A stretch of 63,388 nucleotides of DNA, the filler included, from Phoronis australis (lineage: Eukaryota > Animalia > Phoronida): NCBI GenBank assembly GCA_002633005.1. It is 10 parts of 10 records of this genome, joined end to end, with 100 filler letters (N's around TTAATTAATTAA, not from the genome) between each part and the next. Parts side by side here need not be neighbours in the genome. Positions count along the whole stretch, not along the records: positions 60,436 to 63,388 come from NMRA01003306.1; 9 more parts are not named here. One strand, 5' to 3'. A program made the position numbers and the translations under genes. The notes beneath the pieces are model-generated. The model ran no database searches and was not told where the DNA came from. It saw only the letters and a program-made list of their open reading frames with translations. Positions 61,611 to 63,388 of this stretch are shown one piece after another; position 1 is the stretch's first letter, and the number at the start of each line of letters is the position of its first letter.

Positions 61611-62280
61611 AACCGTCTTTGTTCCGTTTGGTGGAAAAGTATGAAATTGTAAATCCTACCTGTATCTGTAACATATGTGATCCACACAGGGGGCGCTGCT
61701 CTCGTTATGTTACTCGTAAAATCTATGTCCTTTAACATTAACTGTGACAATTGATAACATCTTCGTACCTCGAATCCTCTTCCCCTTGTCATCGTTTGTC
61801 ATATTTTTTAATCCTCTCTATCTACCTGCCTGACAGTAATGACGTCCGACTTAGTATGTGACATCAGTACACACACTGTCTAAGCATGTTTTTTGTCGAG
61901 ACGTAGGGAACACCTATTGTGTAGTTTTTAAATTTTATATTTTTAAATGGTCATGTTTGGCGTAATGCCTGACCTGATATTCTACATTAAGTGCCCAGGG
62001 CATGAACTCGCGGGGGGGGAGTTGTATTGTGTACCCATGAAATGCAGATTCACAATCTATTACTCTTCCATTGTCAGTTTTAACCTTTCATCTGTTATCA
62101 GCATATCAAAAACATTTGTCTTATCTACAAGTGTACCTGCTCGGTATTTCCAGTTCACATGCAGGCAGTGTATTGTTAGCTACTAGGAATACAATTTCTC
62201 GAATAATAAATGTAGGAATTTCCAAATTTTACGCAGGTGAGTGGCTATTTTGTGTTAATGTTTCTGGACGCTTTATTACA

Positions 62281-63068
62281 TTTTTATGGGCCCACATAGC
62301 TATGTGTTGAAGTTTTTTTATCTTCAAGACCCTTTGATGTATGTTCATGAAATTTTGCGCTTGTGCTCCTTTCATAGATGTGAGGGCATGAGCGAACTTT
62401 CAGAAAATTTTGACTACCTGTGTGACCCCTAGTGGCAATTTTAGTTTTTTACGTTTTTTATAAAATTTGGCATATAGGTATCTATTAGTGTGATGATGCT
62501 ATCCTCTTGTTTTCAGATGGATTCGAGGTATTTTGCGCCACCTAGTGGTCATTTTTGTTGTTTTCGAGTCTGTTTTTTGACGTCCACCCCTCTATCAGCC
62601 AAACCATCCTGAGGACAATTTTGAAATTTGGGGTATATGTTCTCAGTGTGAAAAAGACTGTTGACAATGATGACTTTGACTACTGTGGCACCTCCTAGTG
62701 GTAGTTTCGTTTCGTGCCCATAGCTGTATCTTCTAATCCGCTGCAGGATTCTTTTTAAATTTTGTAAGTGTATTTATGTGGAGTTAGATGACGACGACTT
62801 TCAAGCAGATCTCATGAATGCTGTGCCCTCTGGTGGCAATTTCATTTTTCCCGTTTTCCTTTGTTTCTCTGAAGTTCCTTGTCAGATTTTTATGAAATTT
62901 GGTATAAGTCTCACTTAAAGAAACTATGATATGCTCAATTTTTGAATGGATTTGATGTATTTTTCTCCATCTAGAGGCCGTTTTTATGATACAAATAAAT
63001 TAACCCTAGAAGCACGCCATTTGCGGTGCATTCGTGGGTGCATTTGAATGATCCACGTTGCTCTAGTT
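62281..63068 (-). mobile_element. Helentron-type non-autonomous element, diverged copy
   Basis: Reverse-complement head AACTAGAGCAACG at 63068; internal GC.CC.CCTAGTGG motifs; T-run and hairpin end at 62281. Confidence 0.7.
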
Positions 63069-63107
63069 ACTGATACTTATTCAAGTGTGTAAATCTTTTC
63101 ATTGCAG

Positions 63108-63156
63108 ACTTTCGGACTTGGATGAAGAATACAATGATGGCTGTATAACTGAAAAG
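63108..63156 (+). CDS. DMAP1-binding-domain exon, DNMT1 exon-2-like (LSDLDEEYNDGCITEK)
   Basis: TTTTCATTGCAG acceptor, GTGAGA donor, phase 2/0. The L..L..E...G.ITEK pattern matches the DMAP1-binding domain, and the phases match my recollection of DNMT1 exon 2. Confidence 0.5.
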
Positions 63157-63388
63157 GTGAGAAATATGTTTTATTCGTAGCCGCCACCAGGGGATTATCC
63201 ACAATTTCAAAAGTGGGAGTCCAAGTTTACCAAAATATTGACTAAACGCAGGATTTCATGTGAGCGTTGGTGGTCCGACCATCTCTGTGGACGCGATGAC
63301 ATGAAGTGGTGTATTCGCATATGTAATAACATAGGACTGTGAAATGAAAATAAAAGTGTCATTGATAAAACAGAGACCATTTGTTTAT

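Overview
Eukaryotic (bilaterian invertebrate-like) intron-rich DNA, not prokaryotic. The window is about 10 contigs joined by artificial 100-bp spacers (N44-TTAATTAATTAA-N44). From 14,093 on, the contigs fall in decreasing size order, so neighbouring genes are probably not real neighbours. Recognisable partial spliced genes: SON (4 exons, G-patch and dsRBD, minus), WDR11 (6 exons, plus), NUP43 (last exon, minus), SPAG16 (8 exons, plus), RIOK2 (last exon, minus), an ENPP-family phosphodiesterase (2 exons, minus), a DMAP1-binding-domain exon (DNMT1-like) and an ankyrin-like exon. Introns and intergenic DNA hold many DNA transposon derivatives. Three distinct TTAA-flanked Kolobok-type families carry convergent THAP-transposase and KolX-like ORF stubs. 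One copy is embedded in an inverted duplication of its own flank. Also present are a triple-nested ISL2EU-like element, a 5.6-kb TIR element in a SON intron, Helentron-type non-autonomous elements with CTCF-like motifs every ~145 bp, a 30-bp P-element-like footprint and many minisatellites. No rRNA, tRNA or CRISPR array was found. All homology calls come from manual translation and motif recall, not database searches.
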